Positions 25,463 to 38,460 of a stretch of 64,000 nucleotides of DNA are shown in pieces. Numbering within the stretch: the first letter of the stretch is position 1; every line of letters starts with the position of its first letter. Both the position numbers and the translations under genes were made by a program. Below the pieces are notes generated by a model. That model did no database searches and had not been told where the DNA came from. It was given only the letters and a program-made list of their open reading frames with translations. Source of the stretch: Octopus sinensis (taxonomy: Eukaryota); the NCBI RefSeq assembly GCF_006345805.1, contig NC_042998.1, positions 126,294,001-126,358,000 on the forward strand, in the 5' to 3' direction.

Positions 25463-27329
25463 ATATAATTTCTTAATCTTTGGAATTTTTAAGTATACTA
25501 GGCCGTTGGTTTAAATTGATATTAATTAATATTAATTTTCTACCCTCATTATCTAACTTTTAAATAACCATGTTCTCTAACTGGTAAATTCGTTGCAGAA
25601 ATTTATTAACTGCAGAGTTCTTTCTGGTTTCAGCATGCCAAAATGAAGACATTTGAAATATATCCTCAAATATAATTGGCAGAACTTTATACACATTCTC
25701 TTTTGGGAGGATGTCTTGTGTCTAGTTCTGTGAATTAAGTTTTCCATGCAATGGCTGCACTGATGAACTATGGACATTTACATTCGAGAATGTTTATAGC
25801 AAAATCTAGGTATGTAGCTTATTGCCAAATTTTGTATTATGTCATTTATCTTGCTCATTTTACATTCTGGCATTTGCTGAAATTTCTTAAGAACACATTC
25901 TTCGTGGTAAGGCGATTTGGCATCTTCTTCTAGCATATTAGGAATCCACCTTGGTAGTTATTCCTCTTATATCATCATCATCATCGTTTAACGTCCGTTT
26001 TCCGTGCTAGCACGGGTTGGACGGTTCGACCAGGGTCTGGGAAGCCAGGAGGCTGCACCAGGCTCCAGTCTGATCTAGCAGTGTTTCTACAACTGGATGC
26101 CCTTCCTAACGTCAACTAAAATTGTGAAATATGCAAATAAAAATCAAAGACTGTAAGGAATGGAAACGGTAAATAAAGACTACATATGTTTTATAGCTAA
26201 ACAATGTTTGTTACATAACTTGTTACAAGTTATGTAAAAAATATTTTTTAGCTATGAAACATATGCTTCCATGCATTGCCCAACTCACAAGTACTTTCAG
26301 TTCTCAAGCTCCAACTGACCATTCTGGTTCTTCATAAGAAGGATCTCAGCCAACTTAGTAGAACTCTTTCTTACACTTCTCGACCATGATGGTTCTGTGA
26401 GTAGCATTTATGTAAGCCTCAAATATGGAGAAAGTCTCCACATTTGTTACTTACTTTGCATTCAGCTCCACTCTACACTTACAAGTTAAACCTTTTCCCT
26501 AAACTGTCTCTTTCCACTCTTCTAGATTCACAGACATACACACATACACACTAAGTATGAAAATCTCTCCGGTCATTTCAAACCAACAAGGCTTCTGTCT
26601 CTGTAGATGTTTCTTCCACCACTCTCAAGCAATGCATCTCAGTGCTAGTTCCTATACGTACCAAATTCTTCAATTCTTCCCCCACTCTCTCTCTTCCTTT
26701 CAGTATATCCTTATATTTGGAAACATGGTTTTGTGTCCATGAGGGGTATTCAGTTTATGAGTAGTTTCTATATGTTAACACTCATGTGGTGAACACTGAA
26801 GAGCAGTAAGTTAATTCTTGATTCTATCATGTGATTTTTATTCCAGCTTAAAGCTTTTCTTTTTTCATTTCACAAACATTGGTAATGATCTTGAGTTTCC
26901 CGAACTGGCAACACACACACAGAGAAAAAGAAAGAGATAAAGACTTTGTATCAAAAGACAATGAATTAAAATAATTAAAAGACAAATAATTAAAAAAACA
27001 AACAGCAATAATATAAGAACAGTGATGATAAGGGAACAAATGTGCAGAAAATCAAAAAAATATTATTATTAAGCTAGTTTTAGTTAAGTACTGAGAGTGA
27101 TTGGGTTGACATAATTCACTGAACCCATTCTCTTTTCCCAACTAAAAGCATTTATGACCTTAGGTCAGTGTTAGAAATCATTTTTATGCCAGTATATATT
27201 GCAAACACCACCTAGTTGTGTCAAAGCAAGCTTCTAGAGACTTGAGACTTGAATTGGCAAATTGATTGTTGTTGTTGCTGTTGTTCAGCTGTAGGTCAAT
27301 CCTAATGAAGCAGACTTATGGTCAAATGC

Positions 27330-27625
27330 ATTACATCTATAATAATAATGAAATTATTGTATACAGTGCTCAGGTGCACCACAACTTGTCAGAAAGTGCA
27401 TATAAAGTACATGCAGTAATGTAGAAATGTCTGGAAAGTGAACATGCTTGTGTGTGTATGGAGGGGAGAAAATCAAGTGTAGTGTTGGCGAATCTCAGGA
27501 AGCATGGAAGTCTTGAAGGATGCAGTGCTCCGACAACTAACAACCGATGCCGGCAGTTTGTTCTACACTTCAGCAACTCTCAGCGTGAAAAAATGTTTCC
27601 TGAAGTCATGGGAGCTACCATTTCA
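27330..27625 (-). mobile_element. CR1-clade LINE 3' end
   Basis: Minus strand reads FRKHFFTLRVAEV*NKLPASVVSCRSTASFKTSMLPEIRQHYT*, followed by a 3' UTR and (ATT)n tail. Confidence 0.8.
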
Positions 27626-28399
27626 TCCCATATCTTTTTTATGAGAGTATCTGGGATTATACCATCTAATGAATCTCTTTTTTAAGATGATGATGTGTGA
27701 TCTGAGAGAAGTTTGGCTGCTATATCTAGCAGGTCTAACAACCAAGTAAGGGATCCTACAATTCCTCAGTGAACAGGCTTTAATTTCTTGTAATAACAAT
27801 CTCTCCTTAATTACAACTCTAATGAAAGATATCGGTATCAGTTACCCTGTGATGCAATATTGTATGATTTTAATATATTAAGCCTCCAGACTTCTTCTCT
27901 AGGCTATATTTTCTTTCTTATTCCTTCTTTCTTTTGTTTATTTTTGGATGCTTTTATTTTCACTCTGATGAAGCTCCATGTTCTAGTTTGAATATCCTAT
28001 GAAGATGAAGAATATTATTTTTGCAATTCTTTCATAGGCACTGACTGGCACCATAAGTGGAAATGGCCATAAGAATTGTTATGTCACACAAATATTATAT
28101 AATGTTTTATATTAAATAATAAGTTATAGATGTGGTCCAATTGATTTGCTTGTTGATCTGAGGTTTTCTCCATTTTTTGAGTATTTATATATATATATCA
28201 TCGTTTAGCGTCCGCTTTCCATGCTAGCATGGGTTGGACGGGTCAACTGGGGTCTGTGAAGCTGGAAGGCTTCATCAGGCCCAGTCAGATCTGGCAGTGT
28301 TTCTACGGCTGGATGCCCTTCCTAACGCCAACCACTCCGCGAGTGTAGTGGGTGTTTTTTACGTGCCACCTGCACAGGTGCCAGACAGAGCTGGCGAAA

Positions 28400-28407
28400 T
28401 ATCTATC

Positions 28408-28442
<35 letters not shown>

Positions 28443-29026
28443 TATATATTATATATATATATATATATATAAAGGCGGTGCTCCAGCATGGCCACAGTCA
28501 AATGACTGAAACAAGTAAAAGAGCAAAAGAGCAAAGAGCATATATATATGCACACACACATACGTATGTATGTATGTATGTATGTATGTATGTATGTATG
28601 TGTGTGTGTATGTATGTATGTATGTGTGTGTATCTATGTGTGTGTGTGTGTGTTTGTGTGAGTGTGTATACATAGACGATATATTCTTTTTTGTTATATT
28701 TCTAATCAGAAGAAGTTACATACTGACTCTGGAGGCCAGAGTTTCATGCATGGTATGTATCACTTCAGTGTATGCACAAAACTCTTGTCTCCTGAGTCAC
28801 TTTGTAACTTTTGTTGATTAAAAATAAAATATAATATATATACTCATGTCTTGAGTTCTCTCTATCCTGTTTGTACTACCAAACCTATAAATATATATAT
28901 GTGTGTGTGTATGTTTGTGTATGTGTGTGAGTGTGTGTGTGTTTGTGTGTATGTGTGTGTGTGTGTGCGTGTTTTTGTGTGTGCACATATGTATGTACAT
29001 GTATGTTTATGTATATATAAATATGC

Positions 29027-29061
<35 letters not shown>

Positions 29062-29230
29062 ATTGTTATTAACTTATTAATTTTATTGTATCGCATTTAT
29101 CTTTGTTTATATATATATATATATATATATACATACATACATGCATACATACATAGGCACACACACACACACAGAAAGAGAGAGAGAGAGGTAGGAGACA
29201 GAGAAGAGGAGAGGGAGAGAGAAAGAAATA
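28400..29230. repeat. Compound microsatellite field (TA, TATG, TG, GA)
   Basis: Directly visible. Similar tracts occur at 2445-2530, 29760-30015, 30330-30410, 32110-32220, 37910-38040, 38170-38215, 47585-47630, 55180-55245 and 57420-57470. Confidence 0.95.
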
Positions 29231-29974
29231 TACACAAGGAGAAACAGTTAGATATGCCAATCCCTAATGTTATATGTGAATGTATTCACTTTGTCAAGTG
29301 AACATTGTTGATGACACAGGTCACAAATGAAAAATATTATTTTTTAATAAAAATACGCATATCATTTAAGTTTTTAAAAGTATCTTAAAAGTGTAATAGT
29401 ATCTTCCATTGATATGTGTAGAAAATGGAAAATCAAAGAAAAGGAGAATGAATGAAAAAAAGAAAAAAGAATAAGGAAAAAACTTGGTAAAGAAAGAAAA
29501 AATAAATATACAAAGAAATTCATATACAGAGAAAGAAAATAAAAGTTTCTTTGTATAAAAAGCTTCTAGAGTGATTGCAGTGTTGTTGTTGTTCAAAATA
29601 TAATCAAAACTGGTAAAACACCAAATAAATATCTGTTGTAATGTGTGAATATTTTTACCCTGGTGATTTTGTGGTCATTTGACCTAATTCTCAAACAGGT
29701 TCTTATAAACAAATGATTTACATAGCGACTTACATATAAAATTACACACACATAAACTACACCCAGAATTACATAGGTAATTATAGGTAAATACCAACAA
29801 AAGACTATACACATGTACACCCATACATACAGACAAATACATACGAACACATACTTGCATATGACTATGAGCAGGATTACGACATACAAATACACACACA
29901 CATGCTTGTGCACGCACACACACACACTCACTTGCATTATTATATTAAAACGTATACAGCATGGCTATGTAGAC

Positions 29975-30015
<41 letters not shown>

Positions 30016-30356
30016 GAACTGTGTTCACACATAGATGCTTACATGCACATAACCTCAACAAATTGCATGCCTTGGCAAACAATAATGCATGTGCTCATTT
30101 AGACACTCTACACTGTAGAACAGATGCATACCGATACTCAGAACTGCACACACAAACGGTTTTGCATTTATACAGATACATGGATGTATGGTGAAGAAAT
30201 TTGCTTTACAATCAAGTGATTTCAAGTTTGCTTCCACCATGTGACTCTTGGCAAATGTCTTCTAATGCTCTAGGCTAAACAAAGCCTTGTGAGTGCATTT
30301 GGTGGGCTGAAACAGAAAAGGAGCTTGTAGTATGTATGTATGCATGTATGTATGTA

Positions 30357-30410
<54 letters not shown>

Positions 30411-32329
30411 TGTCTTCTTGTCTTGACATTGCATGCTACCGTAACATCACCATTATACAAGAGGTACTGTTTGTTTGCAATCTCCCATGAAAACATGTTC
30501 AGACCAGGAGAAAATATTACCTTGCTTGGAAACAGCTGAGAGCTGGCAACAGGAAGAGCATCCAACCATAGAAAATTTGCTTCGACAAATCTTATTTGAC
30601 TGATGCAGGTATGGAAAAGATAGAAAAGATGAAAAAGTAGATGTTGAAATGGCGCTGATGACAAAGCTGGCAATGACGATAATGATGATGAGGTTTATAT
30701 GTATAATTATATGGAAAGACCTATACATGCTTATGACAACTAACATACATCATATGTTGATTTCAACAATGAGTATTCCAGTTGTTTAATCACTGGAACT
30801 CTTTGTGAGCCCATTTTATTGTGCCCACAGGCTGGTATACTTGTATGTACAAAATGTAGTCAATTTTTCAATTATAAAATTTATACAATACTCGTATGCC
30901 TTTTTGCGACGTAGGTCACGTTTCCACTATGACTTAAAGCTGTTAGACTCGAACAGAAAATCGTCCAGTAATTGCCATTTGAATGGAAATTTAATTTTCA
31001 CTATAAAACACATATTGCTAGATTTATGCCACACCCTTGAGACCCAACTACAGTCTAGCTGAAAAATATAGGATACCTCATAGGTAATATAAACGTCCTA
31101 AATTCAGTGGTGGCATTAATGAAGATGTTATGTGTTAATCTAATGTGTTAAACTTATCTTTATCAATGTATATCAAATGTATTCACCATGATAGATCGCT
31201 AGCCACTAACCCTTTTTTTATTTTCTCTCCCTATTTATTTCTGTGTTCCTTTCTGTCGAGCATTAAACTAATATATCCATTTGTTGTTTACACACCTGTC
31301 TTTGTCTTTTGTTTTTTTGTAAATTCTCACTATATCGAATTATACATAGATATAAGAGTTAGAACTTGTGATACGGCCACAGACCTTGTTTTTTGGAAAT
31401 TTTTACCTGCTGCACTAAAAAGTTTCCCCACCCCCTGGTATAAAGGGACACATATTTCACCAGCATTTGCATTCTTAACTTAATTTGCATGCAGCATCAA
31501 CCTGACACAGTCTGTGACAAGGCTGGCCTTTTCAATTATAGTTACAGTCTATTTGACAGGCTTCCACTCAGTTTTTGTAATTTAAAAAAATTTGTTTCCC
31601 TCTTTGGACTGTGGCCATGCTGGTGCACTGCCTTGAAGGGTTTATTTGAAGAAATTGAACCCCAACGCTTATTTTTAAGCATTGTACTTACTCTACCAGT
31701 CTCTTGCCAAACTGCTAAGTTACAGGAATGTGAACAAACCAACACTGGTTGTCAAGCAGTGGTGGGAGACAAACATAAATACATACACACACGCATACAC
31801 ACATGCACGCACACACATACACATGATGGGCTTCCTTCAGTTTCTGTCAATCAAATATACTCACAAAGCTTTGGTTGGCTCAAGGCTATAGTAGAAGGCA
31901 CTTTCCCAAGGTGCCACACAATGGAACTGAACCCAGAACCATGTGATTGGGAAGCAAACTTTTTAACACACAGTCACACCATACAGTTTTCCACACAAGG
32001 TTTGGGATGGTTTTAAGTTATGGCAAGAAATATTTCCAGAGGTACCATACAGTGGGATAGAACACAAGACCTCAATTATGAATCGAAATTCTTTATTTTT
32101 TAACTATGCCTGTGTCCACCACTCATATACATACATACATACATACATACACATGCATGCATGCATACATACGTATATACATACATACACATGCATGCAT
32201 GCATACATACATACATACATATATGGTGGCTGCCCCTTCGTTATCGAGTATGGCCATTGCATGAAGCTTAATCAATGTTGTTATCGTGCAATGCCTGTGC
32301 AAGAAGATTTTTTTTAAAGGGAAGTAAGG

Positions 32330-32775
32330 CTGTGCACTGAGTCAATCCCACTCACTAAGCAACAGCAGCCATAATCCGAAAAGAAGAACAAGTCAACATC
32401 ATCGGTAACCACTGAGCTGCAGGTTTTTTCTCGGAGTTATCCCAGTTTCCTGAGTTACCTTCTCCTAGAAGGATGCCCTAACAAAGGCTAGGAGTCCTTC
32501 ACTCCCAATGGTTTAACTGCGCGATCGGGTAGTCAGTCTGATTATTTCTATGTCCCCGCGCATGATACAGCCTTAAGACATTTATTGGATGGCCGTTGGC
32601 TCTCAAGAGTTCCTCCGCCCTTTGACGGGTTTTGTTTTTCATCCCACAGGGTGTCCAATAAACACCCTCCTCACCAAGCAAGCTTGGTGGGGTTGCCGGT
32701 TTAGTCGCCGATGACCCGACCATGCAACAGGTTGTACTGGGTTACATGTTACTAGTAGCACTCGAAAGTGACCTG
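32330..32775 (-). mobile_element. RTE LINE 5' UTR-like segment
   Basis: Contains GGGCATCCTTCTAGGAGAAGGTAACTC and GGCGACTAAAC motifs, recalled as typical of RTE 5' leaders. CpG-rich, suggesting a relatively young copy. Confidence 0.55.
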
Positions 32776-32989
32776 ACATACATATATACATACATATATA
32801 TACATACAAACATACATACATACATAAATTCAGTTGATGCTTTGTCCTGCTCTCTGTATACCTTGTAAAATGTTTAATAAATTGAATAATTATTCCCTTA
32901 TATAATGAAAACAGTCTGGTGATAAGAAATAAACATTGAGCAAAAATGGCATCTTGAATATACATACAATGCATGAGAGATGGAAGCTT

Positions 32990-34520
32990 GAAAGATGAAA
33001 GATGAGAGCAACTAATTCAACATCAATACATTAGGCTTGTGTGAAGTGAGATGGACTGCTGTTGGCAATAAGATAAACACACAATTATTTGTTCAGAAGG
33101 GCACAAGCAAAAGAGAGTTAGGTTTTTAATTAACAAAGAGCATGCTTAACTTGTGATAGAGTATTGGGCTATATCACATCAGATAACCTCGATACAATCT
33201 ACACTGACATTATCCAAATTTATGCACCAACATGTAAGAGCAGACAAAAAATAGATAAAAAGATTAAACATCAAAGCCATGCAAGTCTCACCATTCAAAG
33301 AGACTTAAATACAAAGGTGGGATAAGGGAGAATAGAAAATAGTAGATTTATACAGCCTAGGGAACTGTGATGGGAGAGGAGAATGGTTGATAGAATGGAC
33401 AAAAGTTAATGAATTCACAATTGGTGACACCTGGTTTGAAATGTCTAAACACAGGAATACACATTTTGTGTCACTAAGAAATAAGTATGATAACTTGAAT
33501 AAAAGTTGCAAAGCCTGTTCATAAGTGGACTGCATCAGTGACTACAATTTAATTCTGACTAAAATAAATGTAAAATGAAGAAAACTTTAAAAAATCTTAA
33601 GACCACCAATAGAACAAGAGAATAATATAGAATGAAGGTTAAATAATTATATGTAAAGGTAAGATCCAAGGATCCAGGTGTAGGAAGTTAGTAAGCTTTG
33701 AGCAGTCCATTGAAGGTATAAAAAACAACTTTCAGGAACAGTAGTAGTTTTCCCATATCGAAGTTCGATAAGCTGAAAAATGTTATTTTATAGTTCACAG
33801 TTAGCAACTGGGGTTGCTGTGTGTGCAAGTAAAAATCCAAATTTAGTGAGTGGAGCCGGTAAACTCCAAGCTAGACATGTTTCCTAGGTAGCAGAACCTC
33901 AGAAGTAGTAATTACTCAGTGAGGGGAACTCCACTAGCTACTCATCAGGCCAAAGATGCCTCAGTCAAATGAAGGTTACATTGTCATCACAGAGACTTGA
34001 GGAGGTTAAAAATAGAAATGTAATAGTACAAGATTTAAAAAAATGTAGAAATCCAGTGGGAAGCTTCAAGGAGTGTATGAACACTGAACCAAAGAATACA
34101 ATACTACCAGTGGAACAAATAACAGCTAAGAAATAGACAACAAGTGAGATTAAATCACTTATGAGAAAGGGGAAAATAAACAAAACCAATGAAAGAAAAT
34201 ACTAAGAGCTAAATAAGAGGATAAAAAGAAAACGTGATCAGGTAAAGAAACAGTGGTTTGATAAGATATGTGATAGCACTGAGAAATTATTTTACAGGGA
34301 CTCATATACCATGCATTCCAAAACATCAAACAAAAGGGAAACATCTTGCTCATCCACAGTATGTATAAAAATCAAAGAAAGGAGACCTAGTAATAAAAAA
34401 AAAGAATAAAATTCTTGAAAGATGGTCTGAATACACCAGAGAGCCAAAAGGAGTGAGCATTTGCTGGACAAAAGGATTTTGAAGGACCACCAATCTTAAG
34501 AAGATGTCAAATAAACAAGA
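32990..34520 (+). mobile_element. Decayed RTE LINE (endonuclease to linker)
   Basis: Remnants INTLGLCEVRWT, IIQIYAPT, NTWF and EGPPIL. Confidence 0.7.
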
Positions 34521-34599
34521 GGGGCAGTAGATAGTGACTTTGTTGAAATAAAATGGGCCAAAAGTTCAGCTGTAAATAAATGTATTCCTGTTTTCATCA

Positions 34600-35185
34600 C
34601 TAACCCCAGTTTAACATAAATTTTGCTATGCCTGCATTATAGAAAAGTCTTTTCTGAACCACATGTTGCCAATTCTCACTTCCTTGGTGGAATTTTAATT
34701 CATAACATAAAGATGGACAAAATGCTACAAAGCATTTTACCCTGTGTGCTAACAATTCTGACAGTTCACCACACTTGTGAAATGCAACATATTGAAATCA
34801 GTAATAACACCAATTATTGAGTATATCTTCCTGCATTACCTGATTGACTATTTTCAGTGACTAACCTATACTCTACTTTGTTAGATGTTTTCAGTTTTCC
34901 AGTGACTATCCCTGATAAGTCAGTTAAATTCCTTGTGTCCATGTCCTTAATCATTCTACTTGCCATATTGCTGTCAATTCAGAAAGCCTGTCCCTCTGTT
35001 GGATCTACTTAGCGAAGACTTCTTTGCTCTCTATTTAGCATCTCCTCATTCAACAGCTGCTCATTGTTAGTCTTCTATGCCTCTTTCCTTTTAGCATCAG
35101 TAAGGGTGTGCTGTTATCATTTGATATGCAGTTCATCTCAATGAAATCTCATTTCTCTCTGACATATTGCCTAGTTAAACCAAAT
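34600..35185 (-). mobile_element. Decayed RTE LINE RT fragment in opposite orientation
   Basis: Minus strand TVRIVSTQGKML resembles YRTISLISHASK, followed by a GFRK-like remnant. Confidence 0.45.
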
Positions 35186-35191
35186 CATCTC

Positions 35192-35800
35192 ATCTTACTA
35201 TAATGGGCGTTACGTCCATCTATCTGTCTGTTTGTTCCCTCTTCAATATCAAACTGCTAGAGCAATGGTCACAATGTTTTTTGGGATTATGAAGGAGGTA
35301 ATCAAGAAGGGTTTTAGCGAAAAAAAAAAAATGTGAAAAAGTATGATTATTTAGTGGATATTGATTTTTGTATTAAGAAATTACCTTTGATTTTTTTTTT
35401 GTTAAAATTCTGGCGACAAGGATTAACTCTGGATTTCCCCACCACCATATAGCTTGTGAATTTAGATGATAGATGAGTAGATCTTACTATAATGGGCGTT
35501 ATGTCTGTCACTTACTATAATGGGCGTTGTGTCCATTATATCTTACTATAATGGGCATTATGTCCGTCTGTTTGTCTGTTCCCTCTTCACAGCCAGATGA
35601 CTGGACCAATGGTTACAGTATTCGTTTGGATTATGAAGGAGGTAATCATGAAGGTTTTTAGTGAAAAGAAAATCAGAAAGAATGATTATTTCGTGGATAT
35701 CGATTTTTGAATTGATAAACCACCTTCGCATTTTTATTAAAAATTCACTGACCATGAGTAACTCTGGATTTTCATCATATAGTTCACGGTCCCATTGTAG
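35192..35800 (+). mobile_element. Tandem Helitron-like 5' ends / units
   Basis: (AT)CTTACTATAATGGGC occurs at 35192, 35481, 35510 and 35540. Two ~290-bp related bodies each begin with a GTCT/GTTT microsatellite. Confidence 0.6.
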
Positions 35801-38176
35801 ATATGAAGGGGGTTACGAGAATGGTTAATAGTGAAAATAAAATGGAAAAAGTGTGTCAGTCTATAGTGTGTGATTATTTAATAGTTATTGAAGTGTGTCA
35901 GTCTTGAGCAGGATTCAAAATGGTTAATTGAAGATGCTGTTGTTTACATCTCAGTTTTGTCAATCAAAATAACCATGGTACCAAAATGTCCAGAACAGTG
36001 AGAGGTAAGTCTTAGTTTAATTTTTTGCAACCCTAAAGACTCCACTTGTGCACTAACAGCAATCAAGGCACAGGGTCAGACTTTAGAGCGTGTAGGTGTA
36101 TTTTTACATAAACTTGATTGGTTCATGTTTTAGCCACTGCTGGGTCATGTATTTAATTTGTTCACTGAACACTGCTGCAAGTTCCCCTGTGTTTTTCAAA
36201 AATCCACCCTTAATCACAAAATAAGGTGAGGAAATGTGCCATATTTTTCAAATCCTGGCAGCAACACTGAAGCTGGAAGCAGGATAATAATCTAATTCTA
36301 CACTTTATCACATTTAAAAATATATACACGTTATTAAGCACAACACATACAGAATCAAAAAGAAACACTACTTTTCACCCGGCATTGTCATTCACATAGT
36401 GCTCTCTCTCCCTTATGTGAAGCTTCCTATCTTGGATATGTAGGTGCACAACAGCCAAATGCTGCATCACTAGAACTGTGAAGTGCACAGTTCTATACAA
36501 GGATTTTTGTATTTTTTTCATAAACTAGAGGATGGCTTCTGACATTAAGCTTAAGGATTACTCTTTTACTTGTTTCAGTCATTTAACTGTGGCCATGCTG
36601 GAGCACCACCTTTAGTTGAGCAAATCAACCTCAGGACTTATTCTTTGTAAGCCTAGTACTTAGTCTATCAGTCTTTTTTGCCGTATCACTAAGTTACGGG
36701 GACATAAACCCACCAGCATCGGTTGTCAAGCAATGTTGGGGGGACAAACACAGACACACAAACATATACATACATACATATATATATATACATATATATG
36801 ACGGGCTTCTTTCAGTTTCTGTTTACCAAATCCATTCACAAGGCTTTGGTCGACCCGAGGATATAGTGGAAGACACTTGCCCATGGTGCCATGCAGTGGG
36901 ACTGAACCTGGAACCATGTGGTTGGTAAGTAAGCTACTTACCACACAGCCACTCCTGCGCCTATAGAATTATATAATGTACAAATATAAAGAAAGAATTC
37001 AAGAAACAAGGATCATTATATTGAATGTTATGGATAATATCGAGTGGAAATAGGGGGTGCTGCAGTTCCACAGTTCCTATACATGAGCTGCCTCTGCCAA
37101 CTATAATGTGATTTCTCTAAGATATCACCCAGTAATCTATTAAGTCCATTTACACATTTCTCAATGCATATTGCTGTTATGACTTCCTTCCCTCATTTTA
37201 TGTCTCCATTGTATAGGGGTAGATTTGCTAGTGCTAATTTTGTAAGCTAAATTTTGTAAACTAATTTTGTTAACTAGTGCTAATTTTGCTAACACTGTAA
37301 ACTACTTTTTCTGCTTTTTCATTTGCTAAGTATATTTGACATCTAGCTTCTTCTCTAGCTATTTGATATTTTTCTCTACTTCCTGCATTCCTCCAACTTT
37401 GAAAGGCCGGCCTCTTATCTTTTATGGCTCTATCTACATGCTATTTCTCCACCATGTCATCTTGTATCTACATGTTAAATACAAATATAGTAAGTCTCAC
37501 TTATATAATAAAGTAAATCAAAAACTTCTATTAACCGATATTATCTATGCTACAAGTATAATATGCTTAGCTGAAGAAGTTTAATAAGTGTGAAACATGC
37601 CTGTTGTTTTTACCAATTGGCCACAGACTAAAGTTGCTTGCAGAAAGTATTGTTTATATTTTCCAAAAATTTCAATTAATTTCAGTTTTGATGGATGGTT
37701 TAGATTTTAAACATTCCCAAGGAAATTTTTCCCACTAATTATTGCTGGGGCCACATTAAAAGCACCCAGTGCACTCTGTAGAGTGGTTGGCGTTAGGAAG
37801 GACATCCAGTCATAGAAACGATGCCAGAACAATGGAACCTGGTCAAACCGTCCAACCCGTGCCAGCATGGAAAACGGACATTGAATGATGATGATGCTGC
37901 TGATGATAATGTGTGTGTATATGTGTATGTGTGTGTGTATATATATATATATACACACACACAGAGAAAGAGAGAGGGAGAGAGAGAGAGAAAGAGGGAG
38001 AGAGAAAGAGAGAGAGAGGGGGAGGGAGGGAGGGGTGAGAAAGAGATGCAACACAGAGAATTGGTGAATCAGGAAATGAAAACTCTAAACAAAATAAAAA
38101 TCCAATCATTCACTCTTAAGAAAACACTATACAATTGTTTTGGCAAGTAGTTAGAAAATGTGTGCATTATATATAT

Positions 38177-38215
<39 letters not shown>

Positions 38216-38289
38216 AATGGTATATGCTTGGAAAGCGGGGTAGGGGGTTGCTTTAAAAAATAAATAACAGAAAGAAGAAGCGAAAAGGT

Positions 38290-38460
38290 GTTTCTGAAGG
38301 CTATGACGTCATGATGCGATATATGTTGACATGCGCCGTAAACGGGAAGATGATGCGGGATAGTCAAACAACAAAATGGCTGCCAAAACTACATTGAGAA
38401 TGGTGATCGGAGGTTATCGGTGTGGCTGGCCAAGTGACACACAACGGAGAGCTTCATGAG
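38290..38460 (+). promoter_or_regulatory. Probable SLK core promoter / transcription start region
   Basis: Start of a CpG-rich zone. Full CRE palindrome TGACGTCA at 38304-38311 and YY1-type AAAATGGCTGCC at 38373-38384, oriented toward SLK. The TSS is inferred, not observed. Confidence 0.6.

Noticed and set aside
28234-30746. Cluster of 60-130 aa ORFs rich in YI/CV/HT dipeptides
   Set aside because: These are translations of TA, TG and TATG microsatellites.
31489-32016. Longest ORF in the track (175 aa)
   Set aside because: It runs through a SINE copy and a CA microsatellite and has no protein features.
32690-32775. HDV-like ribozyme at the 5' end of the RTE leader (GTGCTAC/GTTGCAT P1-like pair, GG, CGACTAAA)
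   Set aside because: P1 and J4/2-like pieces are suggestive and RTE leaders are known to carry such ribozymes, but I could not build P2 or a proper P3/L3 from this copy.
35481-35570. CRISPR-like short repeats with spacers
   Set aside because: Only three adjacent copies with ~10-nt related spacers in a eukaryotic context, with no cas genes. Better explained as Helitron-like termini.
36472-36494. 9-bp hairpin AGAACTGTG-aagtg-CACAGTTCT as a Helitron 3' signal
   Set aside because: It is not followed by a CTRR terminus at the expected distance, and a stem this short is expected by chance in 64 kb.
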